From the NCBI GenBank assembly GCA_964398815.1, contig CAYNNZ010000005.1, forward strand, positions 5,739 through 69,738: 64,000 nt of DNA, read 5' to 3'. Shown here piece after piece: positions 8,840 through 19,835 of this stretch. Within the stretch, counting starts at the first letter, position 1. Every line of letters begins with the position of its first letter. Made by a program: the position numbers and the translations under genes. Under the pieces are notes generated by a model. It worked only from the letters and a program-made list of their open reading frames with translations, was not told the origin of the DNA and made no database searches. The DNA comes from an uncultured Candidatus Saccharibacteria bacterium (GTDB taxonomy: Bacteria > Patescibacteriota > Minisyncoccia > Phycocordibacterales > Phycocordibacteraceae).

Positions 8840-9733
8840 TTATTTTCCGTCCGGATGCAAGAGCTGCTGGATGCGGTCGGCGGTCGGCGGATGAGTCGAG
8901 AATAGACTGTTCAGCCAATCGGTTTTCCGCTCGCCGAACGGGTCATCTATGAAAAGATGTGCAGTCGCGTGGCTTACTTTCCTCATCGGTGCGTTATGTA
9001 CATCAAGCTTCGCAAGGGCAGAGGCAAGTCCTTCCGGATAGCGGGTCAGAAGTGCACCCGAGGCATCTGCCAGATACTCCCGGCGGCGCGATATGGCGAG
9101 TTGAATCAGCTGCGCCGCGATAGGCGCGAGGATAATACCGACAATCGCGAGAATCATGAGGAGTCCCCCACCCCTATCGTTATCGCGATTGCCGCCAAAT
9201 GCGGACATGCGCAGGAATATGTCCGCAATTATTGCGAGGAATCCGGCAAGTACGACTGCCACTGTCATAAGCAGGATGTCGCGGTTCTTAATGTGTGAAA
9301 GTTCGTGCGCAATCACACCCTCGAGCTCCGCACGATTCATGATGGCGAGCAATCCGGTAGTCGCGGCGACCACCGCATGTTTCTCATCGCGCCCAGTTGC
9401 AAACGCATTCGGTGCAGGGTCTTCAATGACATACAGCTTCGGCGTCGGCATGCCCGCAGTAATCGCGAGATTTTCTGTGACCGTATAGAAATCAAAGAAT
9501 TCCTCGCGCGATGCCGGGCGCGCGTTCGTCATCGCGAGCACCTGCTTATCAGAGAACCAATAGCTATAGAAGTTCATCCCGACCGCAAACGCGATGGCGA
9601 CATACAGAATACCCGGACTGTCGTAGTACCAGGCGACGGCATAGCCTACCCCGACGACAAACGCGAGGAACACCGCCATCAGAAAGGCAGTGCGCCACAC
9701 ATTACTTGAACGTTCTTGGTAGAGGGTTGCCAT
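8840..9733 (-). CDS. htpX: Membrane zinc metalloprotease HtpX (M48 family)
   Basis: 297 aa. N-terminal TM helices, HELSHIKNRD (HExxH) and a downstream E motif. Typical HtpX topology. Confidence 0.8.
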   Translation of the reverse strand: MATLYQERSSNVWRTAFLMAVFLAFVVGVGYAVAWYYDSPGILYVAIAFAVGMNFYSYWFSDKQVLAMTNARPASREEFFDFYTVTENLAITAGMPTPKLYVIEDPAPNAFATGRDEKHAVVAATTGLLAIMNRAELEGVIAHELSHIKNRDILLMTVAVVLAGFLAIIADIFLRMSAFGGNRDNDRGGGLLMILAIVGIILAPIAAQLIQLAISRRREYLADASGALLTRYPEGLASALAKLDVHNAPMRKVSHATAHLFIDDPFGERKTDWLNSLFSTHPPTADRIQQLLHPDGK

Positions 9734-9736
9734 AGG

Positions 9737-10102
9737 TTATGAATTTCTTTTTTCGTTCGTTTTATACCCGTCGTCAGATGACCATACTAGGAAGACGCGC
9801 TTCTCGAACCCTCCTTTCTTGGCGAGCGCTGCTTCCTGAGCAGCCTGAACTTCGTCATCCGTAATACCGAACACTTTCTTCACTTCATGCAGCACATCTA
9901 CGAGGTCAGCGAGCTCTTTCGTAAGGTCCTCCTTTGACGTAAGGCCAGGAAATGCTGTGGCCTCTTCCTCCACTTTCTTCAGGAGCTCGCGTTCGTATTC
10001 TGCTGGCTCGAGCGTACGAACCTCGCACTGCGACCCCTTCGCACGAATCACGTCCGGGATGTTATCTCGAACGAGTTTGTTGTAGTAGACCTTACCCGGC
10101 AT
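9737..10102 (-). CDS. MazG-like all-alpha NTP pyrophosphohydrolase (PRA-PH-like)
   Basis: Start at MPGKVYYNKLVRDNIPDVIRAKG... (the 9737-10279 ORF is an N-terminally over-extended frame). Overlaps the upstream paralog-like gene by 11 nt. Confidence 0.5.
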   Translation of the reverse strand: MPGKVYYNKLVRDNIPDVIRAKGSQCEVRTLEPAEYERELLKKVEEEATAFPGLTSKEDLTKELADLVDVLHEVKKVFGITDDEVQAAQEAALAKKGGFEKRVFLVWSSDDGYKTNEKRNS

Positions 10103-10412
10103 CCTTTTTCTCGAATCGGTCCTTGTCGCGACCGTAACACTTGTCCATCTTCTTTGCGAACTCTGCATCGAGGTCCACGTTATGAGCGTTAGCGAGACAC
10201 ATTGCAGAGAATATGACGTCGAGAATTTCGCCGCCAAGCTCCTGCGCAGCCTCTTCAGGCTTTTTGGGCTTCCCGCCATACATATGGTTAAGGAGTCGAG
10301 CGACTTCCCCTACCTCTTCGCTCATTGCAGCCATTTGCGAGAGCGGCGGCCAATAGGGCACCTTGTATTGCTGTACCCAATCGTCTATCTGCTTTTGGGC
10401 GTCAGAGAGCAT
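10092..10412 (-). CDS. MazG-family nucleotide pyrophosphohydrolase (small single-domain)
   Basis: 106 aa. QKQIDDWVQQYKVPYWPPLSQMAAMSEEVGEVARLLNHMYGGK...EELGGEILDVIFSAMCLANAHNVDL matches the MazG EExxE/metal-binding helix pattern. Confidence 0.6.
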   Translation of the reverse strand: MLSDAQKQIDDWVQQYKVPYWPPLSQMAAMSEEVGEVARLLNHMYGGKPKKPEEAAQELGGEILDVIFSAMCLANAHNVDLDAEFAKKMDKCYGRDKDRFEKKDAG

Positions 10413-10417
10413 GGGAG

Positions 10418-10978
10418 TTAGAACGCGACCTTTACTGGCTCTCGTGCTGCTTCCTCACCCGCTCCGAGCTGGAAGAGGTCCATCTGCTTGAAGCCGAACA
10501 TGCCGGCAAGCACGTTACCCGGGAATGACTGCACCGCGGTGTTGAGGTCCTGCACATTCGCGTTGTAGAAGCGACGTGCGGCCTGAATCTTATCCTCGGT
10601 GTCCCCAAGTTCTTTCTGCAGCTGGAGGAAGTTCTGATTCGCTTTAAGGTCTGGGTACGCTTCAGAGACTGCAAAGAGTGACTTAAGTGCGCCGGTAAGC
10701 ATGTTCTCTGCCTGCGCTTTGTTTTCTGCACCCGTTGCACCCATAGCTGCAGCACGCGCCTTCGTGACGTTCTCGAAAGCCTGGGACTCGTGTGTGGCGT
10801 AGCCCTTCACCGTCTCCACGAGGTTCGGAATGAGGTCATAGCGGCGCTTCAGCTGTACGTCGATGTCTGCCCACGCTTCTTTGGTGCGATTGACCTTAGA
10901 AACGAAGCCGTTGAATCCGACGATGAGCCAGAGAGCGACGACTGCGATTGCCCCGATAACGATGTAAAGAATAATCAT
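10418..10978 (-). CDS. LemA family membrane protein
   Basis: Start MIILYIVIGAIAVVALWLIVGFNGFV... then RRYDLIPNLVETVKGYATHE...KSLFAVSEAYPDLKANQNFLQLQKEL, the LemA signature. The track ORF is extended upstream to 11116. Confidence 0.75.
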   Translation of the reverse strand: MIILYIVIGAIAVVALWLIVGFNGFVSKVNRTKEAWADIDVQLKRRYDLIPNLVETVKGYATHESQAFENVTKARAAAMGATGAENKAQAENMLTGALKSLFAVSEAYPDLKANQNFLQLQKELGDTEDKIQAARRFYNANVQDLNTAVQSFPGNVLAGMFGFKQMDLFQLGAGEEAAREPVKVAF

Positions 10979-11090
10979 GGATGTATTGGTTATATCTCTA
11001 GTATAGAACGCGGTTGCCAGATGTCGAGATACGTTGCAAAAAGCGCATACGAACGCTAGGCTCTCGTGAGTTGAACCTAGGGGAACACAC

Positions 11091-11222
11091 ATGAAATTTG
11101 ACCGAGCGACCGGCATCGGAGCCGTCCTGGGCCTCCTCGTCGGGATGGCCCTCGTGGCCGCCCTCTACAAACTGAACGGCGTGGTGGGAAAGATTCACTA
11201 CAGGTTCCCAGAGAACGTGTAG
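11091..11222 (+). CDS. Possible 43-aa small membrane protein (MKFDRATGIGAVLGLLVGMALVAALYKLNGVVGKIHYRFPENV)
   Basis: ATG preceded by AGGGGAAC RBS-like sequence, one TM helix, followed by terminator 11259-11293. Below the ORF-track size cutoff. Low confidence. Confidence 0.2.
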   Translation: MKFDRATGIGAVLGLLVGMALVAALYKLNGVVGKIHYRFPENV

Positions 11223-11258
11223 CCAGAGCCCACACTCGCCATTCACACAGAACGACAA

Positions 11259-11293
11259 CGCCCCGGCCAGGAGACCGGGGCGCGTCTTTTTAT
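11259..11293. terminator. Hairpin cgccccgg-ccaggaga-ccggggcg followed by TCTTTTTAT; plus-strand terminator after the small ORF, also functional on minus after groEL
   Basis: Seen in sequence. Confidence 0.55.
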
Positions 11294-11306
11294 CACGGTG
11301 TATTTC

Positions 11307-13261
<1,955 letters not shown>

Positions 13262-13420
13262 ACGTTTTTTACAAAAGCGGATAATAGGGTGTCATTAACC
13301 TATTACTAAACAAAGTCTCAAGCAAGGCAGAGTCCGGCTGTCGGACGTGCCGGAAGAAGTTGACATTTTATTCATAACGTATCATATTCTAGACCGGCCC
13401 AAATCGAAAAGGAGCACACC

Positions 13421-13732
13421 GTGCGACTCGAATATCTACTCTACTTCTGGTTCTTCGCCGTCATTCCGGGTCTCATCCTCTGGGATACGATTAAACGAGC
13501 AAGGCAACGGCAGTTCGAAACGTGGATGCAGGACGAGAACCTCAATAAGTGGCATCTGACGTTCGCGTTCTGGCCGACGACGGTCGGCAACCATAGTGAA
13601 AAGGTCTTTCTTAGGCAATATGAGGTCCGTGTGGAAATGGACAACCGAGGATATCCCCGCACCTATCACCGAAAGCTCGGCGACTTGGACCCCTATGGTG
13701 TTCTCGTCTACCGGGTTGAGCGCGATCGCTAA
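13421..13732 (+). CDS. Hypothetical small protein with N-terminal TM helix
   Basis: 103 aa, MRLEYLLYFWFFAVIPGLILW.... Followed by terminator hairpin 13773-13790 (ccccggagtttaccgggg) plus T-run. Confidence 0.3.
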   Translation: MRLEYLLYFWFFAVIPGLILWDTIKRARQRQFETWMQDENLNKWHLTFAFWPTTVGNHSEKVFLRQYEVRVEMDNRGYPRTYHRKLGDLDPYGVLVYRVERDR

Positions 13733-13822
13733 GACCACGACAACCTCGACAGTGCCAATACGTGCGTAGCCACCCCGGAGTTTACCGGGGTTTGTGCTTA
13801 TATACGGGCTTTTTCCATGCTA

Positions 13823-13851
13823 TTGACAAATAGTGTATTGTGGTGTATATT
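13823..13851 (+). promoter_or_regulatory. Near-consensus sigma70-type promoter TTGACA-N17-TATATT driving the 13893 gene
   Basis: TTGACA 13823-13828, 17-nt spacer, TATATT 13846-13851. GGGAG RBS 12 nt before the ATG. Confidence 0.55.
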
Positions 13852-13892
13852 TAATTCATACGGTTTAACGGCTACGGGAGATTAATCCAGCC

Positions 13893-14177
13893 ATGTTGTT
13901 TGCCACTGTTATCTGCTTCATCGGCCTCGTCGGTTCCCTCTTCCTCGCTCGCCGCGTGCGGGTGGAAAAAGACCAAATGGAACGCCAAGGCAACTGGGTG
14001 AAGCTGCTCGGCTACACCGCCATCACCGTCGGGGCCGCAAGCCTCGTCGCGCAGCTCCCGCTGCCGGTGATCGGCTACATGCTGATTATGGGCTTCGGGT
14101 CCTTCACCGCCTGGGTCATCCTGACCTGCGTGCGGCAGAACACCCTGGATCGCCTCAAGGCCATCCCGCTCGACTAA
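13893..14177 (+). CDS. Small 3-TM membrane protein, hypothetical
   Basis: 94 aa hydrophobic. Own promoter and own terminator (hairpin 14211-14232 plus TTTTG). Confidence 0.4.
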   Translation: MLFATVICFIGLVGSLFLARRVRVEKDQMERQGNWVKLLGYTAITVGAASLVAQLPLPVIGYMLIMGFGSFTAWVILTCVRQNTLDRLKAIPLD

Positions 14178-14254
14178 CCGCGAGCGCCTAGACTGAACAT
14201 TCATCCACCACCCTCCAGCATCCGCTGGAGGGTTTTGCGTTACCGGAACTGTAT

Positions 14255-14283
14255 TTGACTTTTCTATATTTTTGTCCTATTAT
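14255..14283 (+). promoter_or_regulatory. Sigma70-type promoter TTGACT-N17-TATTAT upstream of the 14326 gene; AAGGAG SD
   Basis: TTGACT 14255-14260, TATTAT 14278-14283, SD aaggag at 14309-14314. Confidence 0.5.
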
Positions 14284-14325
14284 GTACTCAATCACCGTAG
14301 TGGCTAGGTAAGGAGAAAAGTAGCC

Positions 14326-14589
14326 ATGATCTTTCCGTTTATCGTTGCATGGGTAGTGCTCGTGGCGTTCGCGTTGCGCGAGTACCGCCGCGCGACACCT
14401 GCCCACAAAGCACACGAGAAGCAGGTCCTCACCCTGTGGGTGGTGTTCGGAGTCGGGGTCATTCTGGCCCACGTCTTCTTCCCCTTCCCCTCGGCGAATG
14501 ACCGGGAGCAGAAAACCCTCATCCTGACCGGCATCCCGGTCCTGCTCTCAATCTGCTACGCGACCCATCGCCGGCGTAAGGCCCACTAG
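14326..14589 (+). CDS. Small 3-TM membrane protein, hypothetical
   Basis: 87 aa, MIFPFIVAWVVLVAFAL.... Strong SD. Confidence 0.4.
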   Translation: MIFPFIVAWVVLVAFALREYRRATPAHKAHEKQVLTLWVVFGVGVILAHVFFPFPSANDREQKTLILTGIPVLLSICYATHRRRKAH

Positions 14590-14673
14590 GCCTGCGCCAC
14601 CCCCGACTCTCTTACGGAGCCGGGGGCACGCTTTTATACCCTGTTCCCCTGACTTGCCGACCTCCCCTCTCCC

Positions 14674-14925
14674 GTGATACCCTTCGGGCTACAGATGGAG
14701 CTACTCAAGGCGATACTGCCATACGCGGAAGCCGTACTCTCCCTTCTCCTCATCCTGGGCATCGTGCTCCAACAGCGCGGAGCCAATCTCGGAGGGGCAT
14801 TCGGGGGCGACAATTTCGCATCCACTTTCTATAAGCGCCGCGGCGCCGAGAAATTTCTATTTCAGGCGACCATAGTGCTTGCTGTCCTCTTTGTGGCGGC
14901 AGCCGTTCTCGGGTTCCTCATCTGA
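14674..14925 (+). CDS. secG: Preprotein translocase subunit SecG
   Basis: 83 aa. LSLLLILGIVLQQRGANLGGAFGGDNFASTFYKRRGAEKFL is the SecG signature (LLQ..G.GADLGGAFGG). GTG start at 14674, or ATG at 14696. Confidence 0.6.
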   Translation: MIPFGLQMELLKAILPYAEAVLSLLLILGIVLQQRGANLGGAFGGDNFASTFYKRRGAEKFLFQATIVLAVLFVAAAVLGFLI

Positions 14926-14937
14926 TAACCACTATCC

Positions 14938-16656
14938 ATGGCATTCCGGACCTCCGGCATGCTCAAGGGGCTAATACGGCACCGCCGCATCGGCGTTCTT
15001 GAGAAGCTTTCCCTTTTCGTCCGCTCGCTCCCTGCGAGCGACCGAGCTATAGCGATACTCCTCGCGGCAGTCTTCGCCGTGTGCTCGCTTGCGGCATTAG
15101 TCGCGCTCGAGCGCCAGGTATTGGTGGAAGTGCCAGCACGAGGAGGAAGCATCACGGAAGGGGTAGTAGGAAATCCGCGCTTCGTGAGTCCGCTTCTGGC
15201 GCTCACGGACGCCGACCGCGATGTTACAGCACTCACCTACGCGGGACTCATGGGCGAAGGTCCAAACGGACTGCGCCCAGTGCTCGCGGAGAGCTATACC
15301 ATTAGTGAGGATGGCAAGACGTATACATTCGTTCTTCGGAACAATCTCAAGTTCACTGATGGCACGCCCATCACCGCAGACGATGTCGTGTTTACCGTAC
15401 AGAAGGCCCAGGACCCAGCGCTGAAGTCTCCGGAGCTCGCCAACTGGGCGAACATCCGGACTGAAGCGCTCGATGCTCGAACCGTTCGGTTCACCCTCCC
15501 GAAGGCGTATGCGCCATTTCTCGAGGACGCCACGCTCGGCATCCTGCCGTCACATATATGGAAGAAGGTACCGAACGAGCAGTTCCCCTTCGATGTCCAT
15601 ATGGCGAATCCGGTGGGTGCAGGTCCGTTCAAGGTAGAGAGTTTGTCGAAGGATAAGAACGGTGTCGTGACTGGATATCATCTCGTTGCGAATAATTCTT
15701 ATGCACTCGGCCGACCCTACCTCGATGAGTTCACGCTCAAGTTCTACGCATCCACCGAGGAGCTCGCGCGCGCATACAAGAGCGGCTCCGTATCGAGCGC
15801 ATACGGCATCCCGGCAACGCATGCTCGCACGGCTCCCTACTCACGCGTGTTCGGTGTCTTCTTCAACGAAGCGCAAAATCCCGCTCTCGGCGAGCTCGCA
15901 GTTCGCAAAGCTCTTTCCATCGCTATAGATAGAAACACCATTGTGCACACGCTCCTTGGCGGATACGCGACACCAGTGATGGGTCCGGTACCTCCGGGGA
16001 GCGGCATCGCAGAACCAGCTATCCCCGAGGGAGATCGCATCGCGCTCGCGAAGAAAACACTCACGGATGCGGGCTGGACCTTCGACGAGGCAGCGGGGGT
16101 GTGGAAGAACGCGAAAGCGAAGCTCTCGCTCGATTCCGTCATTGTGACGACGAGCAATGTGCCTGAGTTGAAGACACTCGCGGGACAGGTGGAAAAGGAT
16201 TGGGAGGCGCTAGGTGTGCCAACCTCGCTTGAGTTCGATGACCCGAGCACGCTCGTGTCCGGTGCCATCCGTCCTCGCAAGTACAGCGCGCTCTACTTCG
16301 GCATGGTGGTCGGTAGGAATCAGGACCTCTTCGCCTTCTGGGATTCATCCCAGAAGAACGACCCGGGCCTCAATATCGCCGGTTACTCGAACAAGAATGT
16401 GGATGTGCTCCTCGATTCCGCACGCCAGGAAACGGACCCAGACAAGCGCCGTGCTGATTTGCAGAAAATTAGCGACCAGATAGCGAGCGACTATCCAGCA
16501 GCGTTCACGCATTCGCCGCAGTTTGTGTACGCACTTCCTGCTTCGGTAGAGGGCGTCGTGCTTCCGCAGATAACGTCGCCAGCGGACCGCTTCGCAACGG
16601 TCTCCGAGTGGCATATGCGCACACAGTGGGTCTGGCCGTTCTTTGCAGGTCGTTAG
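14938..16656 (+). CDS. Extracellular solute-binding protein, family 5 (peptide/nickel/oligosaccharide-type SBP) with N-terminal membrane anchor
   Basis: 572 aa. N-terminal TM, then GGSITEGVVGNPRFVSPLLA...LTYAGLMGE and the overall length typical of SBP_bac_5. No adjacent permease or ATPase genes. Confidence 0.7.
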   Translation: MAFRTSGMLKGLIRHRRIGVLEKLSLFVRSLPASDRAIAILLAAVFAVCSLAALVALERQVLVEVPARGGSITEGVVGNPRFVSPLLALTDADRDVTALTYAGLMGEGPNGLRPVLAESYTISEDGKTYTFVLRNNLKFTDGTPITADDVVFTVQKAQDPALKSPELANWANIRTEALDARTVRFTLPKAYAPFLEDATLGILPSHIWKKVPNEQFPFDVHMANPVGAGPFKVESLSKDKNGVVTGYHLVANNSYALGRPYLDEFTLKFYASTEELARAYKSGSVSSAYGIPATHARTAPYSRVFGVFFNEAQNPALGELAVRKALSIAIDRNTIVHTLLGGYATPVMGPVPPGSGIAEPAIPEGDRIALAKKTLTDAGWTFDEAAGVWKNAKAKLSLDSVIVTTSNVPELKTLAGQVEKDWEALGVPTSLEFDDPSTLVSGAIRPRKYSALYFGMVVGRNQDLFAFWDSSQKNDPGLNIAGYSNKNVDVLLDSARQETDPDKRRADLQKISDQIASDYPAAFTHSPQFVYALPASVEGVVLPQITSPADRFATVSEWHMRTQWVWPFFAGR

Positions 16657-16729
16657 TCTTTGCGCACGAACATCGCGCGCAGCGACTAGTGACTACTAGG
16701 CAATTATTTAATCGTTAACTCTTAGTATT

Positions 16730-18661
16730 ATGAGTACAGCACCAGCACCCGCTCCGGCTCCAGCACCCCACAAGGGAGAGAAGAGCGAGGGCGCAGCGCC
16801 TGCGCGCGGACCTCGCCCAGAGGGCGGCCGTGGCGGCAACTTCCGCGGAGGACCGCGTCCACCTGCTCGCGGCGGCGCAGGCCGTCCTGGGAAAGCATCC
16901 CGCAACATCCGACGCCAGCTGCGTCGACCGATGGGACCCTCTTCGCCAATCGTGAAGAAGGGCGCGGACTACCTTCCGGAAAAGCCGGGGCCAGACACGG
17001 TACGTGTCGTGCCGCTTGGCGGCGTGGAGGAAGTGGGACGCAACATGTTCACGGTGGAGACGAACAACGACATCTTCGTCTTTGACGTGGGCTTCCAGTT
17101 CACGAGCGAGGACGGTTCTCCGGGCGTGGATTACATCCTCCCGAACACCAAGTACCTCGAAGTGAACCAGGACCGCGTCCGCGCCGTCTTCGTCACCCAC
17201 GGCCACCTCGACCATATCGGAGGTATTCCCTTCCTTATGAATCGATTCGGCAATCCGCCCATCTACACGATGAACCTCTCGGCCGTCATGATTGCCAAGC
17301 GCCAGGAGGAGTATCCGGATATGCCGAAGCCGAATCTCGTTACGGTGGAGGCCGGACAGGTCCACACCATCGGTTCGACCAAGGTAACCTTCTTCGACGT
17401 CACCCACTCCATTCCTGATTCCATGGGAATCATCGTGGAAACACCGCATGGAAACGTCATCGTCACCGGCGATCTCAAAGTCGAGCACGACAACAACATC
17501 CCGGTACCGGAGGAAGAGAAGAAGTGGACGGAAATTGGTAGCAAGAAGAACCTGCTTTTCATTGCAGACTCGACGAGCTCTGAGCTCGACGGCTTCTCAG
17601 TTCCTGAGCAGAAGGTCCGCGACACGCTCGAGGACATCATTAAGACCGTGAAGGGACGCCTCATCATCGGCACCTTCGCGTCTCAGTTCGACCGCATGAT
17701 TAACATCATCCGTCTCTCTGAGAAGTACGGGAAGAAAATCGTGATGGAAGGACGTTCCATCAAGACCAACCTCGAAATCGCTCAGAAAATCGGCCTCCTC
17801 GATCTTAAGAAGGAGACGGTCATCACCGCGCAGGAGCTCGGTGACTATCCTCCGGACAAGGTCGTCATTCTCGCGACCGGCGCACAGGGCGAGGAGTTCG
17901 CGGCGCTCATGCGCATCGCGACCAAGCAGCACAAGAACATCACGCTTAATGACCGTGACACTATCGTGCTCTCGTCCTCCGTCATTCCAGGAAACGAACT
18001 GTCCGTACAGAAGCTGAAGGACAATCTCCTGCGCAACCGCGTCACCCTCATGCACTACCGCTCAAGCGATGTGCACTCGGGCGGTCACGCGCGCGCAGCG
18101 GAGCTCGTCTGGATTAACCAGAAGGTCAACGCGAAGTTCTTCATGCCGGCATACGGCTACTACTCGATGACCGCCTCGCACGCGAAGGCAGTCGAGCAGG
18201 CCGGACGCAGCCGCGATACCATCATTCTTTCCGACAACGGCTCAGTGATTGATATCGAGGGTGGCGAGACGCTCAACATCCACAAGGAGAAGGTGCCGTC
18301 TTCCCCGCTTCTCGTCGACGGATTCTCCATCGGCGACATGCAGGAAGTGGTCATCCGCGACCGTCAGGCACTCTCCAAGGACGGCATGTTCGTCATCATC
18401 GCGACGGTGAATCTGAAGACTGGAAAACTCCGCAAGTCTCCAGACATCATTTCACGCGGGTTCATCTACCTCCGCGAGAATCAGGACCTCCTGAATCAGT
18501 CGCGCCTTCTTATTAAGAAGACAGTCGAGGACACCACCAAGGGCATGAACCCAGTGGACCTCGATTATGTGAAGAACACCCTCTCCGATACGGTGGCGGG
18601 CTATCTCTTCACACGCACCAATAAGGCACCGATGGTCATTCCGGTGTTGATTGGAGTCTAA
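16730..18661 (+). CDS. rnj: Ribonuclease J (metallo-beta-lactamase/beta-CASP RNase) with ~80-aa N-terminal Ala/Pro/Gly/Arg-rich low-complexity extension
   Basis: VRVVPLGGVEEVGRNMFTVETNNDIFVFDVGFQF..., HGHLDHIGG (HxHxDH motif), beta-CASP and C-terminal domain. N-terminal STAPAPAPAPAPHKGEKSEGAAPARGPRPEGGRGGNFRGGPRPPARGG. Confidence 0.85.
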   Translation: MSTAPAPAPAPAPHKGEKSEGAAPARGPRPEGGRGGNFRGGPRPPARGGAGRPGKASRNIRRQLRRPMGPSSPIVKKGADYLPEKPGPDTVRVVPLGGVEEVGRNMFTVETNNDIFVFDVGFQFTSEDGSPGVDYILPNTKYLEVNQDRVRAVFVTHGHLDHIGGIPFLMNRFGNPPIYTMNLSAVMIAKRQEEYPDMPKPNLVTVEAGQVHTIGSTKVTFFDVTHSIPDSMGIIVETPHGNVIVTGDLKVEHDNNIPVPEEEKKWTEIGSKKNLLFIADSTSSELDGFSVPEQKVRDTLEDIIKTVKGRLIIGTFASQFDRMINIIRLSEKYGKKIVMEGRSIKTNLEIAQKIGLLDLKKETVITAQELGDYPPDKVVILATGAQGEEFAALMRIATKQHKNITLNDRDTIVLSSSVIPGNELSVQKLKDNLLRNRVTLMHYRSSDVHSGGHARAAELVWINQKVNAKFFMPAYGYYSMTASHAKAVEQAGRSRDTIILSDNGSVIDIEGGETLNIHKEKVPSSPLLVDGFSIGDMQEVVIRDRQALSKDGMFVIIATVNLKTGKLRKSPDIISRGFIYLRENQDLLNQSRLLIKKTVEDTTKGMNPVDLDYVKNTLSDTVAGYLFTRTNKAPMVIPVLIGV

Positions 18662-18683
18662 AGTTCGAACTAATAAAAGAAGT

Positions 18684-18718
18684 GGCCCGGCGTCTTGCGA
18701 CGCCGGGCCTTTCTTCTG
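18684..18718 (+). terminator. Intrinsic terminator after rnj (ggcccggcgtcttgcgacgccgggcc + TTTCTTCTGCTTTC)
   Basis: Seen in sequence. Confidence 0.6.
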
Positions 18719-18739
18719 CTTTCTCTTCTCCTTCGCTCG

Positions 18740-19744
18740 CTAGCGGTCGGCGCCGTTCATAATCACCGGCTGGTTGGACGGGATGACCATGACCCGGATG
18801 TTCGGGCCCAGCCGCTCGTTGAGCCGGTACTGAATCAGTCCCGGCGTGAGCGATGCGGCAACCTGACGGTTCGCCTCGGCCTCCTGGGAGGCTCGGGCGA
18901 GGGCCGCCGCACCGACACCGCGCTCGCGCGCGATGGTCTGCGCCGCTTGGGCCTCGGCCACCGCGATGCCGGCCTGCTCGCGCAGCGCATCCTGGGTCCG
19001 CACCTGCTTGGCCTCGATGGAGGCTTGGAAGGGCGCACTGAATGCGATGTCGTCGATCAGCAGATCCCGCACGGTGATGGAGTCAGCCGACAGCTCGCGG
19101 ATGAGGCGGTCGCGGACGGCTCGACGAATCTCCTCGCGGTGCGGGGCGATGGCCGTCGCGGCGTAGCGGACCGTCTCGTCCTTGAATGCCTGACGGACGC
19201 GGGGCGCCACCAAGACCTCGAAGTAGTTCGGGCCCACGGTGCGGTAGAGGCGCTGGATGTTGTCGGGCGAAACGCTGATGTTCAGCGTCGCGGCCACGTC
19301 CACCACCTGCGACTCGACAGAGAAGGAGCTCAGCCGCTCGAAGGAGTGGCCTTGTACCTGCACGCTCGCGGCCCGCAGAGTCTGCCAGGGCAGGATGAAT
19401 TGAAGGCCATCCTGCGTTTGACCGACGATGCGGTTGAACGAGTAGATGACCCCCACGTGGCCGGTCGGCACTTGCCGCATCGAGGCGAAGAACGTGCAGA
19501 GTACGATCAAGCCCAGCGCGACGAAGCGGCCGATGCTGGTGACGGCCAGCAGGACGCGAGGAATCGCGACAGAATCGCTGTCTTCGCCCCGTTGGCCGGA
19601 ACGCCGGGTGACGACCTTTTGCAGTTGTGCGTGCCAGAACCAGGCAGCGCCGGAGAGGGTGAGAAGCAGAATGACGAGGTACAGATATCCCATGTGAGTG
19701 CTCCAAAGAGTGAGGGAGTACGCCAGGACAGTCCTGACGGCCAT
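18740..19744 (-). CDS. SPFH/band-7 domain membrane protein (HflC/K-prohibitin-like)
   Basis: 334 aa. N-terminal TM, band-7 core (VQVQGHSFERLSSFSVESQVVDVAATLNISV), C-terminal coiled-coil rich in A/Q/E. Confidence 0.75.
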   Translation of the reverse strand: MAVRTVLAYSLTLWSTHMGYLYLVILLLTLSGAAWFWHAQLQKVVTRRSGQRGEDSDSVAIPRVLLAVTSIGRFVALGLIVLCTFFASMRQVPTGHVGVIYSFNRIVGQTQDGLQFILPWQTLRAASVQVQGHSFERLSSFSVESQVVDVAATLNISVSPDNIQRLYRTVGPNYFEVLVAPRVRQAFKDETVRYAATAIAPHREEIRRAVRDRLIRELSADSITVRDLLIDDIAFSAPFQASIEAKQVRTQDALREQAGIAVAEAQAAQTIARERGVGAAALARASQEAEANRQVAASLTPGLIQYRLNERLGPNIRVMVIPSNQPVIMNGADR

Positions 19745-19835
19745 AGGTTAGTATGGCATATATGTGACATAAAGTCAATATTCTGTCCTTATATTAAACT
19801 ACGGCCTTGTTGCTGGGTGCTACAATTTTCTTCAA

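Noticed and set aside
13262-13420. CIRCE (HrcA operator, TTAGCACTC-N9-GAGTGCTAA) upstream of groES
   Set aside because: No such inverted repeat present. No regulatory call made.
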